A stretch of DNA of 64,000 nucleotides, taken from the NCBI GenBank assembly GCA_016280955.1, contig JAEEHV010000038.1:2020-66019 (forward strand). The letters run 5' to 3'. The position numbers were made by a program, and so were the translations under genes. Positions 1 through 9,418 of this stretch are shown here, one piece after another (the stretch's first letter is position 1; each line of letters opens with the position of its first letter). The notes under the pieces were generated by a model that saw only the letters and a list, made by a program, of their open reading frames with translations, was not told the DNA's origin and did no database searches. Source of the DNA: Candidatus Gastranaerophilales bacterium. GTDB taxonomy: Bacteria; Cyanobacteriota; Vampirovibrionia; Gastranaerophilales; Gastranaerophilaceae.

Positions 1-17
1 TATATTCCGGAAAAGAA

Positions 18-695
18 TTGATTCAGGCTATTGAATATATTCAAAAATTAATTAAAACACCGGAAGTGATGATTAAAAAGTCTTTGAAAATAAAAAAACA
101 AAAATCACCCGGAAAGAATGTAAAAAAGGAATTGGCTGAATTTATTCGGTCTGTTAAACAAAGGCTGAATAAATCTTCAGGACAGGAAATACAGAAAACT
201 CTGCAATCTTTTAAACAAAATTTACCGGAAGATTGCTCAGAACGTGAATTAATTGAGTATATTGATGTTATAAAACGAATGTTAACACAATCTTCAAAAC
301 AAGATTTGGCTAACTCCCAAAGACAGCTGCTTGTTTTGCTTAAACAAGTATTAACAAAACTAACTGAACCCAAATTAACACAATACTCCGAACAAAAATT
401 CTCAAAAGAAGGCTTAAATGAATATCTGTCGAATTGGGATTACTATTATAAAAACGGATTTACAAAAAGATTCAGAACATGCAATCTTTTGAATGAGAGA
501 TTAAACATGACGGATGAGGAATATAATGATTATGCGGAAAGAGTTAAAGGCAAAAAAATTTACAATGAAATTATAAAAAGATGCAATCAGGATATTGAAA
601 ATGCAATTTTATCCAATGAATCAAAGGCAACAATTTCAGCATTATTTGATACTTTAAACCTATTTATTTATAAATTTTCACATTATAACAAATAA
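18..695 (+). CDS. hypothetical protein, largely helical
   Basis: 225-aa ORF with no recognisable motif; TTG start uncertain. Confidence 0.55.
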   Translation: MIQAIEYIQKLIKTPEVMIKKSLKIKKQKSPGKNVKKELAEFIRSVKQRLNKSSGQEIQKTLQSFKQNLPEDCSERELIEYIDVIKRMLTQSSKQDLANSQRQLLVLLKQVLTKLTEPKLTQYSEQKFSKEGLNEYLSNWDYYYKNGFTKRFRTCNLLNERLNMTDEEYNDYAERVKGKKIYNEIIKRCNQDIENAILSNESKATISALFDTLNLFIYKFSHYNK

Positions 696-796
696 AATTT
701 GTTAAAATTTGATTTTTTAAAATTTATTATTAATCATTCAAATAGATGAAGTCATAGTGTAAATAATAATACATAATACATGTGTGAGAATATATT

Positions 797-1285
797 ATGC
801 CCTTCAGATACAGATTAGAGAAAATCCTTAAAGATCGTATCAGACAAAAAGAAGCACAACAGGTAGTTGTGCATAAAGCACAAATGGTTGTGTATGAAGT
901 TGAAGAACGTATAAGACAAAACGAAGCAGAAATACAGGAAACCATAAAAAATAAAAGAACGGCAGATTTCAGAATGATGGAATATTACGATAATTACTTA
1001 CATCACCTCTGGGATAAAGCTGAAGTCCTTGAACAGGAACGTAAACAGGCACAGGCAGCACTTGATAAAGAAAAACAGAAACTAATCGAGTGTGAACAAA
1101 AAGTAAAAGTTCTTGAAAAGCACAAAGAACGAAAAAAAGAACTTTATATAGAAGAAGAAAAAAAAGCAGAATTAAAACAATATTCTGAAATCGGTGTACA
1201 GCGGTTCTTCATGCAAAAACGAGACGAAGCTGAAGAAATGGAAATGGAACTGGAATCGGAACAAAACGAATCGGAAGGATATTAG
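797..1285 (+). CDS. fliJ: flagellar export protein FliJ-like
   Basis: N-terminal MPFRYRLEKIL matches the FliJ F.FRL..vL pattern; 162-aa all coiled coil; sits upstream of fliK-like and hook/rod genes. Confidence 0.75.
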   Translation: MPFRYRLEKILKDRIRQKEAQQVVVHKAQMVVYEVEERIRQNEAEIQETIKNKRTADFRMMEYYDNYLHHLWDKAEVLEQERKQAQAALDKEKQKLIECEQKVKVLEKHKERKKELYIEEEKKAELKQYSEIGVQRFFMQKRDEAEEMEMELESEQNESEGY

Positions 1286-1294
1286 GAAAAAAAT

Positions 1295-2428
1295 ATGAAT
1301 ATTGAATCAACAGCAACTACTACAAACATTTCAACTCCATCAGTAAATTCCAAAACAAACACAACAACACAAGTGAATGATTCAAATTCATCACCAAGTT
1401 TTGCTGATGAATTGAAAACATCAAAGACGACAGAAAGTACGGAAACAAAAGAAAAAACTTCTGCAAAGCAAGAATCTCAAGAACAGGTAAAAAATGCTCA
1501 GGAAAAGGTTACAAAAGAAGAGAAAAAAGCCGCAGAAGAAAAGGTTGTAGATGAAACAGGCAATTCCCCGGAAAATACTGAAAACATAGATAGTGCGATT
1601 GACGGACTTAAATATGCAGTTCATGAACTCAATGAAGCAACTCAAAAAGAAAATTATACTAAAAATTTTATTCAGGAAACTTTTACAACTAAAACTGATG
1701 AAAAATATGAGGATAATATTTTGATTGATAATAATATGAATATTCCGGAACCGACGGAAAAGCTAATGATGCAGACCGGTGCGGAAATGAATTTTAACAG
1801 TAACGGTCAACCGTTTGCCGAGTTTATAAACAATGAACAAGATAATAAACTTAGTTCTTCTGCAAAAGATATTGCCGAAGAAAAAGCGATATTATCTTCT
1901 ATGGAAGAAAATATCGCTATTGCGAACAAAAATATAGCTTTATCTAAAACCAAAACCGTAGAAAATGAACAAGGGATTAAAAAAGTTGACAGAAATACAA
2001 ACATAACGGTTGATACTATTGTAAAATACGATTCAGTCATTATGACGGAAGCAGATGTTGACTTTTTTGCAAACCTTGTAAACAATAACGGATTGCTGAA
2101 TATCAGCGATATTGAATCTTCGGCAAAATCCGCTCAGGTATCTAAAACACTGGCAGACATGCTTGCTAAAGCAATGAACGATAACAAACCTATAAGAATA
2201 GATTTTGACAATGACATTTCTGTCATTATAAAAATAGATAGAGCAGGTAAAATATCAGCAGATTTTCTCCCGTCTTCTCAGGTGGCAGAGGCATATCTGA
2301 AAGAAAATTTACCGCTTCTGAAACAAAGATTTGATGACAATAACATTGACTACAATGAATTAAATCAAAGACAACGAAAACAGGAACAAGACCAAGAAAA
2401 CAGAAAGAAGGGACGCAACAATGAATGA
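1295..2428 (+). CDS. fliK: flagellar hook-length control protein FliK-like
   Basis: Long T/S/N/E/K-rich disordered N-terminus; C-terminal IRIDF..ISVIIKID..GKISADF....AEAYLKENLPLLKQRF resembles the FliK C-domain; gene context. Confidence 0.6.
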   Translation: MNIESTATTTNISTPSVNSKTNTTTQVNDSNSSPSFADELKTSKTTESTETKEKTSAKQESQEQVKNAQEKVTKEEKKAAEEKVVDETGNSPENTENIDSAIDGLKYAVHELNEATQKENYTKNFIQETFTTKTDEKYEDNILIDNNMNIPEPTEKLMMQTGAEMNFNSNGQPFAEFINNEQDNKLSSSAKDIAEEKAILSSMEENIAIANKNIALSKTKTVENEQGIKKVDRNTNITVDTIVKYDSVIMTEADVDFFANLVNNNGLLNISDIESSAKSAQVSKTLADMLAKAMNDNKPIRIDFDNDISVIIKIDRAGKISADFLPSSQVAEAYLKENLPLLKQRFDDNNIDYNELNQRQRKQEQDQENRKKGRNNE

Positions 2429-3257
2429 TTTGTACACAACTGCGATAAATACCCAAAAAGCAACAACCCAATGGATGGATTTCCTGGCGGAAAATATGAC
2501 AAACATTTATACGCCCGGCTTCAGAGAAAACAAAATTACATTTAAAACATTTCTTGGCGGTGCGGTAATAGATAATAACGTTAAAAATCAAGACCAGGGA
2601 AAATCAATTCCCGGAACATCAAATGAGAATTTATTTTTCGAAGGCAAAGGTTTCTTTATGCTCAGAACTCCGGAAGGAAATGTTTCATACACACGTTTAG
2701 GTGAATTTACATTTGACTCGGAAGGTGTTTACAGAGCAAAAAGCGGTGCAACAGTTCAGGGCTATATTCTGAACGACAAGGGTGAAATAATGTCCGGTAC
2801 AAAATCTATAAGTGCTGATTTATACGAAGAAACAGCATTAAAAGGCGGTGCATTAAGTATTCCGACAACAAATATCAAACTATGGATTGATCCGAATAAT
2901 GGTAAGTTTTTAGGAAAATATGACGAATACGAAATTAAAAATGACGGTACTATATACGGTAAAGCTGATGGCGGAAATCGTATGGTGCCTTTGTATAAAA
3001 TTGCTACGGCAAACTTCCATAATCCTAACGGTTTGTACGAAGTAAAAGATGGTGTATTTGTAGAAACTCCTGAGTCAGGAAAACCTGTCGTAGGTCGTGG
3101 TGAGATTCGTTCAGGTCTTTTGGAACAGGCTAATACTGATTTTAAGGCAAATATTTCAAATTATCAGCAGGCAAAAGTCCAGATGGAGCTTGTTAATGCC
3201 CTGATTAAATCAAATAAAGACTTGCTGCAATCAGCAATGGAAATGGCTACACAATAG
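2421..3257 (+). CDS. flagellar hook/basal-body rod protein (FlgE/FlgF/FlgG family)
   Basis: AENMTNIYTPGFR N-terminal rod motif, EGKGFF, YTRLGEF, and C-terminal SGLLEQANTDF...YQ. Confidence 0.8.
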   Translation: MNDLYTTAINTQKATTQWMDFLAENMTNIYTPGFRENKITFKTFLGGAVIDNNVKNQDQGKSIPGTSNENLFFEGKGFFMLRTPEGNVSYTRLGEFTFDSEGVYRAKSGATVQGYILNDKGEIMSGTKSISADLYEETALKGGALSIPTTNIKLWIDPNNGKFLGKYDEYEIKNDGTIYGKADGGNRMVPLYKIATANFHNPNGLYEVKDGVFVETPESGKPVVGRGEIRSGLLEQANTDFKANISNYQQAKVQMELVNALIKSNKDLLQSAMEMATQ

Positions 3258-3313
3258 TATTAAATATATAAAAATTATTATAAAAATTTTCATATTAGTT
3301 AAACTCCGTTTTT

Positions 3314-3351
3314 AAGGGAATTAAGGGACACTTTAATTCCTTTTATTTTTT
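3314..3351 (+). terminator. intrinsic terminator after the flagellar genes
   Basis: aagggaattaagg-gaca-ctttaattccttt stem followed by a T-run. Confidence 0.75.
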
Positions 3352-3517
3352 GGTCAATGCTTGTGCCGGTTTAACGAATGACATGTTTGATGAGTGTACA
3401 TGGCAGTAAATGCATAAATTACACAATGGATAGCATAATCTGAGAATGTAAATACATTCAGTCCTTAAAGTTTATTTTTATAGTGATTATAAACATATTT
3501 TATGTTAAAACGTAATT

Positions 3518-4360
3518 ATGGCTAAGTTTGATTTACATTTGCACAGCAATAATTCAGATGGGAGTGAAACCGTTGAGGAGCTTATTCAAACGGTTATAAA
3601 TTCCGGCATCAAAATTTTTGCACTGACTGATCATGATACTGCTGCAGGAATTGAGAAGATTTCGGTCCTCGTTTCGCCGAAAATAAAATTTATTAAAGGT
3701 ATTGAACTTACTTGTAAAACCGGAAATATTAAATGCCACATACTCGGTTACGGAATTAATCCCGAAAATAAGGAGCTAAAAGATCTTATAGCTCTCGGTA
3801 AAAAGTTACGCAGACAGAAACTGGAAACAAGAATCAATTATTTGAAAGAGGTTTGGAATATTGAGCTTACTCAAGAAGAGCTTGACTGGCTATATTCAAG
3901 ACAAAGTGTTGTAAAAACTCATTTTGCTAACATTCTGGTAAACAGGGGGTTATCAGACAATAATGTTGATGCAATGAAAAAATATCTTGACGGTTGTAAA
4001 ACCGGGAATACTAAATTTGATGGTGAAGCTGCAATAAGTACGATTTTGAAAGCCGGAGGTATTCCTGTCTGGGCGCATCCGCTTGGTGGCGAAGGAGAAG
4101 AACATCTTACGGAAGATGAATTTATTTCCAAACTTGAAATAATGGCAAATTGCGGCATACAAGGACTTGAGTGCTATTATTCAAGATATTCGCTTAAGGA
4201 AGAAAAATTCCTTGCTAACTGTGCAAAAAAGTACAATCTGCTTATATCAGGCGGTAGTGACTGGCATGGAAAAAATAAAACAGTACAAATCGGCAGTCTG
4301 AATACAGAATTTTGCGAAATTGATTCAAAGCAAATAACTATTTTAGATAGGCTTTTGTAA
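3518..4360 (+). CDS. PHP-domain phosphoesterase (TrpH/YciV-like)
   Basis: DLHLHS..SDG, ALTDHD, GIEL, AHP and GGSDWHG motifs. Confidence 0.9.
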   Translation: MAKFDLHLHSNNSDGSETVEELIQTVINSGIKIFALTDHDTAAGIEKISVLVSPKIKFIKGIELTCKTGNIKCHILGYGINPENKELKDLIALGKKLRRQKLETRINYLKEVWNIELTQEELDWLYSRQSVVKTHFANILVNRGLSDNNVDAMKKYLDGCKTGNTKFDGEAAISTILKAGGIPVWAHPLGGEGEEHLTEDEFISKLEIMANCGIQGLECYYSRYSLKEEKFLANCAKKYNLLISGGSDWHGKNKTVQIGSLNTEFCEIDSKQITILDRLL

Positions 4361-4364
4361 ACAG

Positions 4365-5612
4365 TTAAATCTTGCCGGCTTGTTCAACGTATGCGTTGAT
4401 ATCTTCATCAGAATTCATTTCGGTTGCACAAACTAAAATTTGTTTATTATTAAGTTTGATTCCGCCCAATATTCCTGTTTCTTTAAGTCTGCTTAAAAAC
4501 ATATCGGAATCTTTAACTTCAATTACAAATTCATTAAAAAAGTTTTTATTCAGAGTCTTAATACCTTTTTCTTGAAGCATTTGAGAAAGTTTATGAGCAT
4601 TATTTGCAGAAATAATTCCGGTTTCTCTGAATCCCTTTTCTCCGAGCAAGCTCAGATATAAAGTTGCAGAAAGGGCAATAAGAGATTGATTTGAACAAAT
4701 ATTACTTGTAGCTTTTTCTCTCTTTATATGCTGCTCTCTTGTCTGAATAGTAAGAGTAAATGCCTGTTTGCCGTCTGCATCTAAAGTTCTTCCGACCAGT
4801 CTTCCCGGAAGTTGACGCATATAAACTTCTTTGCATGCCATATAACCGGCATGGGGACCGCCAAAATTCATCGGAATTCCCAGCGGTTGTATATCTCCGA
4901 CAACTATATCCGCTTCTGCAGGCGGATTGATTACGGAAAGTGCAGACAGATTTGCACAAACAATAAAAGTTGTATCAGGTTTCTTAAGCTGATAAATTTC
5001 TCCGTAATAGTCAGGATATTGAACTAATACACAGCAAGCATCAGATACGTTGTCCGGGAGTTCATCAAACCACTTTAATTCAATATCTTTAGCCCATGCA
5101 TATGTTTTAATAACTTCTTTGTATTCCGGATTAAGCTTGTTTGATATAAGAGCTTTATTTAACTTGCCTCTGTTAATTCTGTGAGCCATTAAAACGGCTT
5201 CTGCACATGCGGAACCGCCATCATACATAGATGCATTTGCAATATCCATGCCGGTAATACGTGATATCATTGTCTGATATTCATATATGACTTGTAAAGT
5301 TCCCTGAGATATTTCAGGCTGATACGGGGTGTATGCCGTTAAGAATTCAAAACGTTGTGCCGTATAGTTAACAGCAGCCGGTATAAATTTATTATAAACT
5401 CCGCCCCCGAGAAAAGATATATAATCTGTTTTATTTTTCTTTGAGAGTGCTTTTATTCTTTTTTGCGTTTCAAGCTCACTCAGCGGATTATCCATCTTAA
5501 ATTCTTTAAACAATACGGGAATGTGTTTGAATAAATCATCAATTGAAGATTTATTCACCGAGTTCAGCATCTCTTGTCTTATATCATCAGTATGTGCGAT
5601 AAAATTTTTCAT
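4365..5612 (-). CDS. gcvPA: glycine dehydrogenase (decarboxylating) subunit 1
   Basis: FLTAYTPYQPEISQG, ANASMYDG, FGGPHAG, LQTREQHI.REKATSNIC-type motifs; 415 aa, the size of the split P1 subunit. Confidence 0.93.
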   Translation of the reverse strand: MKNFIAHTDDIRQEMLNSVNKSSIDDLFKHIPVLFKEFKMDNPLSELETQKRIKALSKKNKTDYISFLGGGVYNKFIPAAVNYTAQRFEFLTAYTPYQPEISQGTLQVIYEYQTMISRITGMDIANASMYDGGSACAEAVLMAHRINRGKLNKALISNKLNPEYKEVIKTYAWAKDIELKWFDELPDNVSDACCVLVQYPDYYGEIYQLKKPDTTFIVCANLSALSVINPPAEADIVVGDIQPLGIPMNFGGPHAGYMACKEVYMRQLPGRLVGRTLDADGKQAFTLTIQTREQHIKREKATSNICSNQSLIALSATLYLSLLGEKGFRETGIISANNAHKLSQMLQEKGIKTLNKNFFNEFVIEVKDSDMFLSRLKETGILGGIKLNNKQILVCATEMNSDEDINAYVEQAGKI

Positions 5613-5986
5613 TATTCCACTTCTTCTTTATAGTCAGAGTAATCAAGCAAATCTGCCATTTCAACCTGATCGGCATCAGATTCGATTTTTATAAACCATT
5701 TATTTTCATAACTTTCATCGTTAAGCAGTTCAGGGCTGTTTACAATTTCCTCGTTAATTTCAATAACTTTTCCGGAAATTGGCATATAAACTTCAGAAGC
5801 AGCTTTAACTGATTCGATTGTTGCAAACACTTCACCTTTTGTAAATTCGCTGTCTGTGTCGGGAAGTTCAACAAAAACAATGTCGCCCAATTGTTCAATA
5901 GCATAATCGGTTATACCGACTTCATATATGCCATCTTTTTCTAAAATGTATTCATGAGTTTTGGTACATAGCATGTTTTCGTCCAT
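5612..5986 (-). CDS. gcvH: glycine cleavage system H protein
   Basis: VGITDYA.EQLGDIVFVELP and lipoyl motif IESVKAASEVY. Confidence 0.95.
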   Translation of the reverse strand: MDENMLCTKTHEYILEKDGIYEVGITDYAIEQLGDIVFVELPDTDSEFTKGEVFATIESVKAASEVYMPISGKVIEINEEIVNSPELLNDESYENKWFIKIESDADQVEMADLLDYSDYKEEVE

Positions 5987-6022
5987 TAATTTTTCTCCTA
6001 TTTATAATATGTGTTCTTATTT

Positions 6023-7132
6023 TCAACCTTTATTTCTCTTTTCGACAAACGGCTTTTTGATAATCTCGGCATCGTGCAATTTATCACGTATCATAATTTG
6101 AATTGTAGAGCCAACATGTAAATTGTCAACATGCTGAGCCGAAGCACCTATATATGCAAGTCCGATATTATCTCCTCTTGTGGGAGATACTCCGCCGGAT
6201 GTTACCGTTCCGATTTTTTCGCCATTGGAATATACGTCATATTCGTGTCTTGCAATTGATTTATCAAGCATTTTGAATCCGATAAGTTTTTTTCTTCCGC
6301 CATTTTGGAGCTGCTCCATTATAACTTTTTTACCGTTGTAATCTTCTGCCTTGTTCTTTGATACAGACCATGACAATCCTGCCTCAACAGGTGTAGTATT
6401 TTCATCTAAATCATTTCCGTACAGATGAAGGGCAGCTTCAAGTCTCAATGTATCACGAGCTCCTAGACCTATCGGTTTAATTCCGTATTCTTTTCCTGCA
6501 TCAAGAAGTTTATCCCAGAGATATTCGGCAAATTCGTTGCTTACCATTATCTCTACTCCGTCTTCACCTGTATATCCGGTTCTTGATATCCAAAGATTAA
6601 TATTAAACAATTCATCACGTTTAATAGAGAAGAACGGAGGCAGGTCTATAATTCCAACAGATCTTATTAAATCACATGCTTTTGGTCCCTGAAGTGCCAA
6701 AAGTGAATATTTGTGAGAAATATTTTCAATATCGGCATTAAAACCGAGTTTATTTCTCATCATCCAGTTCAGATCCTCATCAACTCTTGATGCATTTGCT
6801 ATTATAAGATATTTTTTATCTTCCAGTTTATATATAATCAAGTCATCAATCAATCCGCCTTCTTTATTCGGAAGCTGACAATATACAGCTTTTTTGTCAG
6901 TCAGTTTTGATAATTCCTGCGGAACAAGTTTATTTAAAAACGGGAGAGCATCTTCACCATGTACAATCAATTCTCCCATATGAGAAACATCAAATAAACC
7001 GACATTTTCACGAACGGTTTTATGTTCTTCTATTATTGAGGTATATTGAACCGGCATATCCCATCCGGCAAAATCTACCATTTTAGCCCCAAGTGCAATG
7101 TGTTTGTCATGTAAAAATGTTTGTTTGGTCAT
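6023..7132 (-). CDS. gcvT: glycine cleavage system aminomethyltransferase T
   Basis: FAGWDMPVQY, GLFDVSHMGE, SRTGYTGEDG, GLGARDTLRLEA. Confidence 0.96.
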   Translation of the reverse strand: MTKQTFLHDKHIALGAKMVDFAGWDMPVQYTSIIEEHKTVRENVGLFDVSHMGELIVHGEDALPFLNKLVPQELSKLTDKKAVYCQLPNKEGGLIDDLIIYKLEDKKYLIIANASRVDEDLNWMMRNKLGFNADIENISHKYSLLALQGPKACDLIRSVGIIDLPPFFSIKRDELFNINLWISRTGYTGEDGVEIMVSNEFAEYLWDKLLDAGKEYGIKPIGLGARDTLRLEAALHLYGNDLDENTTPVEAGLSWSVSKNKAEDYNGKKVIMEQLQNGGRKKLIGFKMLDKSIARHEYDVYSNGEKIGTVTSGGVSPTRGDNIGLAYIGASAQHVDNLHVGSTIQIMIRDKLHDAEIIKKPFVEKRNKG

Positions 7133-7189
7133 TTGTATTCTCCTGATACTATAATTACATTTTCGTTACTCGTATTCTATATGTCAAGC

Positions 7190-7207
7190 ATAGTAAACTA
7201 TTGTAAC
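7190..7207 (-). promoter_or_regulatory. HLR1-like direct repeat (OmpR/RpaB-type operator), 1 mismatch
   Basis: Minus strand GTTACAAT-AG-TTTACTAT in the divergent gcvT/purD-like intergenic region. Confidence 0.45.
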
Positions 7208-7275
7208 AAATACAAATATATGAATTGTTATTTTATTCTTTTTACGGACTTATATTATGTGTTATAATTATTGCC

Positions 7276-8514
7276 ATGGGAAAAAAGATATTAATTGTTG
7301 GAAATGGCGCAAGAGAATATGCTCTTGCAAAGAAGTTTTCAGAGGAGCATGAAATATTTGTTGCTCCCGGCAACGATACAATGAAGGAATTTGCGACAAT
7401 AGTCGATATAAGACCTGATAAGGTTAACGAACTGCTTGATTTTGCACTTGAAAACAATATTGATATGACTGTTCCTTTGGCACAGGAGGCTATACAAAAT
7501 GATATTGCTGCAAGGTTTACGGAAAATAAACAATGTATTTTTGCTCCGACAGCCAATGCAAATGTTATCTCTGCAAATAAAGTACTTTCAAAAAAAATTC
7601 TTTATAAACTCAGAATCCCGACACCTAAATTCGGTATTTTTGAAAAAGCCAATCTGGCGCTTGATTATATAAAAAATCAAAAGATTCCTTTTGTATGCAA
7701 GACAAATGACAGTAACAGTGCTGTTATTTTTACTTCTGCTTCAACGGCAAAAAACTACGTAGAAACAGTATTTACCGAAAAAAATAAAAAAATTATTATT
7801 GAAGATTATGTATATGGCACACCATTTTCATATTACGCAATTACTGACGGGTACAAAGCTTTGCCTCTCGGAAGTTCGCTGACATACAAACATTCACTTG
7901 ACGGTAACGGCGGTCAGTTAACAAGCGGTACCGGAGCATGTTCCCCTAATTATAAGTTGTCCTATGATAATGAATATTTTCTAATGGACAATGTTATATA
8001 TCCGACACTGGAATATCTGGAACGTGACGGTAATCCGTATATGGGAATAATTGGCGTAAACGGTATTCTGACAGATGACGGCGAAATAGTGGTTTTAGGA
8101 TGGCAGACATTTATGCAGGATTGTGATTGTGCCGCTGTTCTAAATTCTCTGGATGAAGATTTGTACTCTCTGTTTTACTCTTGTATAATCGGTTCATTCA
8201 GTGATGAGGTAGAGAATATAAGATGTAATAATCTCTATTCTGTTTCGGTTGTATTAAGCTGTGCTAACAGACAAAATTCGGATAATGCAATTGAGGGATT
8301 GGACAATATTGATGAAGGTACAATAATTACGTTCTATCCGTCCGTAACTAAAAACAAATATCTTGAATACAACGTTCAGAACGGAATGTCGCTTATGGTT
8401 ACATCATCTTCATCAAGTGTGGCAAAAGCTGCACAAAAAACTTATTCTGAACTGAAAGAACTCAGTTTTAGAGGTATGCAGTATCGAAAAGATATATGCT
8501 TAATGCATGCGTAA
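7276..8514 (+). CDS. PurD-like ATP-grasp protein with degenerate active-site motifs
   Basis: Keeps LIVGNGAREYALA, VAPGN and TGACSP; the canonical DGLAAGKGV and EFNxRFGDPE motifs are replaced. Start moved to the ATG of MGKKILIVG. Confidence 0.75.
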   Translation: MGKKILIVGNGAREYALAKKFSEEHEIFVAPGNDTMKEFATIVDIRPDKVNELLDFALENNIDMTVPLAQEAIQNDIAARFTENKQCIFAPTANANVISANKVLSKKILYKLRIPTPKFGIFEKANLALDYIKNQKIPFVCKTNDSNSAVIFTSASTAKNYVETVFTEKNKKIIIEDYVYGTPFSYYAITDGYKALPLGSSLTYKHSLDGNGGQLTSGTGACSPNYKLSYDNEYFLMDNVIYPTLEYLERDGNPYMGIIGVNGILTDDGEIVVLGWQTFMQDCDCAAVLNSLDEDLYSLFYSCIIGSFSDEVENIRCNNLYSVSVVLSCANRQNSDNAIEGLDNIDEGTIITFYPSVTKNKYLEYNVQNGMSLMVTSSSSSVAKAAQKTYSELKELSFRGMQYRKDICLMHA

Positions 8515-8539
8515 AATATATTTTTGTATAATAAATAGC

Positions 8540-8557
8540 GTTACAAAACTTTACATT
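8540..8557 (+). promoter_or_regulatory. HLR1 direct repeat, perfect match
   Basis: GTTACAAA-AC-TTTACATT fits (G/T)TTACAWW-N2-(G/T)TTACAWW. Confidence 0.6.
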
Positions 8558-8566
8558 GGCAAAAAA

Positions 8567-8593
8567 TAAAGCAATTTTTTTTTACACCGATAC
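8567..8593 (+). promoter_or_regulatory. sigma28 (FliA/SigD)-like promoter of the RHH gene
   Basis: TAAA-N15-ACCGATAC against consensus TAAA-N15-GCCGATAA. Confidence 0.5.
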
Positions 8594-8642
8594 TTTATAT
8601 ATATATCACAGGGAAATAATTGAGAATATAAAGGAGCAAAAT

Positions 8643-8831
8643 ATGGCAAGAGTATTAATTTCAATGCCTGAAAGTTTTTTAGGTAAAATTGATGAAGTTG
8701 CAGAAAACGAGAGTCGTTCAAGATCTGAACTCATTAGAGAAGCTTTAAGAAGTTACATTACAAGGTCACAAGTCAGACAGAATACAATGGCAGATAAAAA
8801 TGCCAGAATTTTAGAGGCGCTACTGGATTAG
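8643..8831 (+). CDS. ribbon-helix-helix (CopG/Arc/MetJ family) regulator
   Basis: MARVLISMP..FLGKIDEVA....RSRSELIREAL; AAGGAG RBS before ATG 8643. Confidence 0.85.
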   Translation: MARVLISMPESFLGKIDEVAENESRSRSELIREALRSYITRSQVRQNTMADKNARILEALLD

Positions 8832-8987
8832 GATAACAAGTTTTTTGCAAGAAAACGGATGTTCTGTGCAAATACTTGTTTGGCGAGGCGGAAGAAGGCA
8901 TTGCTATGCCAAAACACGGGTATAAACGAGGATAAAATAAAAACACGAGAAAATTAGAGAAAATGAGTTGAAAAGAAAAACAACCAT

Positions 8988-9015
8988 AAGGGTTCTGCGC
9001 AGAACCCTTTTTTTT
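8988..9015 (+). terminator. intrinsic terminator
   Basis: aagggttct-gcgc-agaaccctt followed by a T-run. Confidence 0.85.
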
Positions 9016-9076
9016 GTTTTAAATACTGCACTGCAAATTCACACTTAGTATTTTGGCAAATTTTTACTTACTTTCA

Positions 9077-9418
9077 CTATTTTCCTCTACGAAAATAGGC
9101 AATGGCTGCTGTGATGAGAGCAACAATTCCAAAAATTGTAAAATAGCGCTTAAAATTGAATTCATTTGTTGATTTCTCCTTTTTGGTTCCTTCATATATA
9201 TCAGTATTAAGTTTTTTCAGGTATTGTTCCGCATCAGAAGGTCGATACAGATGTTTTGTCTGTATCAGCGGCGGGGGGACCGAGTTAGTTATTTTCGGTC
9301 GTTTCAGCTTCATATTTGAAGTTGTGTGAGCTTCAATATTAAAGTCGGTGCTTTCACCCCTTAGCGGCGGCGGTTGTGCTGCCGGATAATTGTTGTTTTC
9401 ATTTGTAATTGAATCCAT
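9077..9418 (-). CDS. hypothetical protein with C-terminal membrane anchor
   Basis: Pro-rich N-terminus; C-terminal hydrophobic helix YFTIFGIVALITAAIAYF followed by RRGK. Confidence 0.65.
   Translation of the reverse strand: MDSITNENNNYPAAQPPPLRGESTDFNIEAHTTSNMKLKRPKITNSVPPPLIQTKHLYRPSDAEQYLKKLNTDIYEGTKKEKSTNEFNFKRYFTIFGIVALITAAIAYFRRGK

Noticed and set aside
3352-3465. Mixed-composition intergenic stretch with small hairpins and 12-21-aa ORFs
   Set aside because: No riboswitch consensus or extended fold recognised; the ORFs are too short and unsupported.
8859-8957. 32-aa ORF (MFCANTCLARRKK...) after the RHH gene as a possible toxin
   Set aside because: No SD, the start lies inside a hairpin, and there is no toxin-like character.
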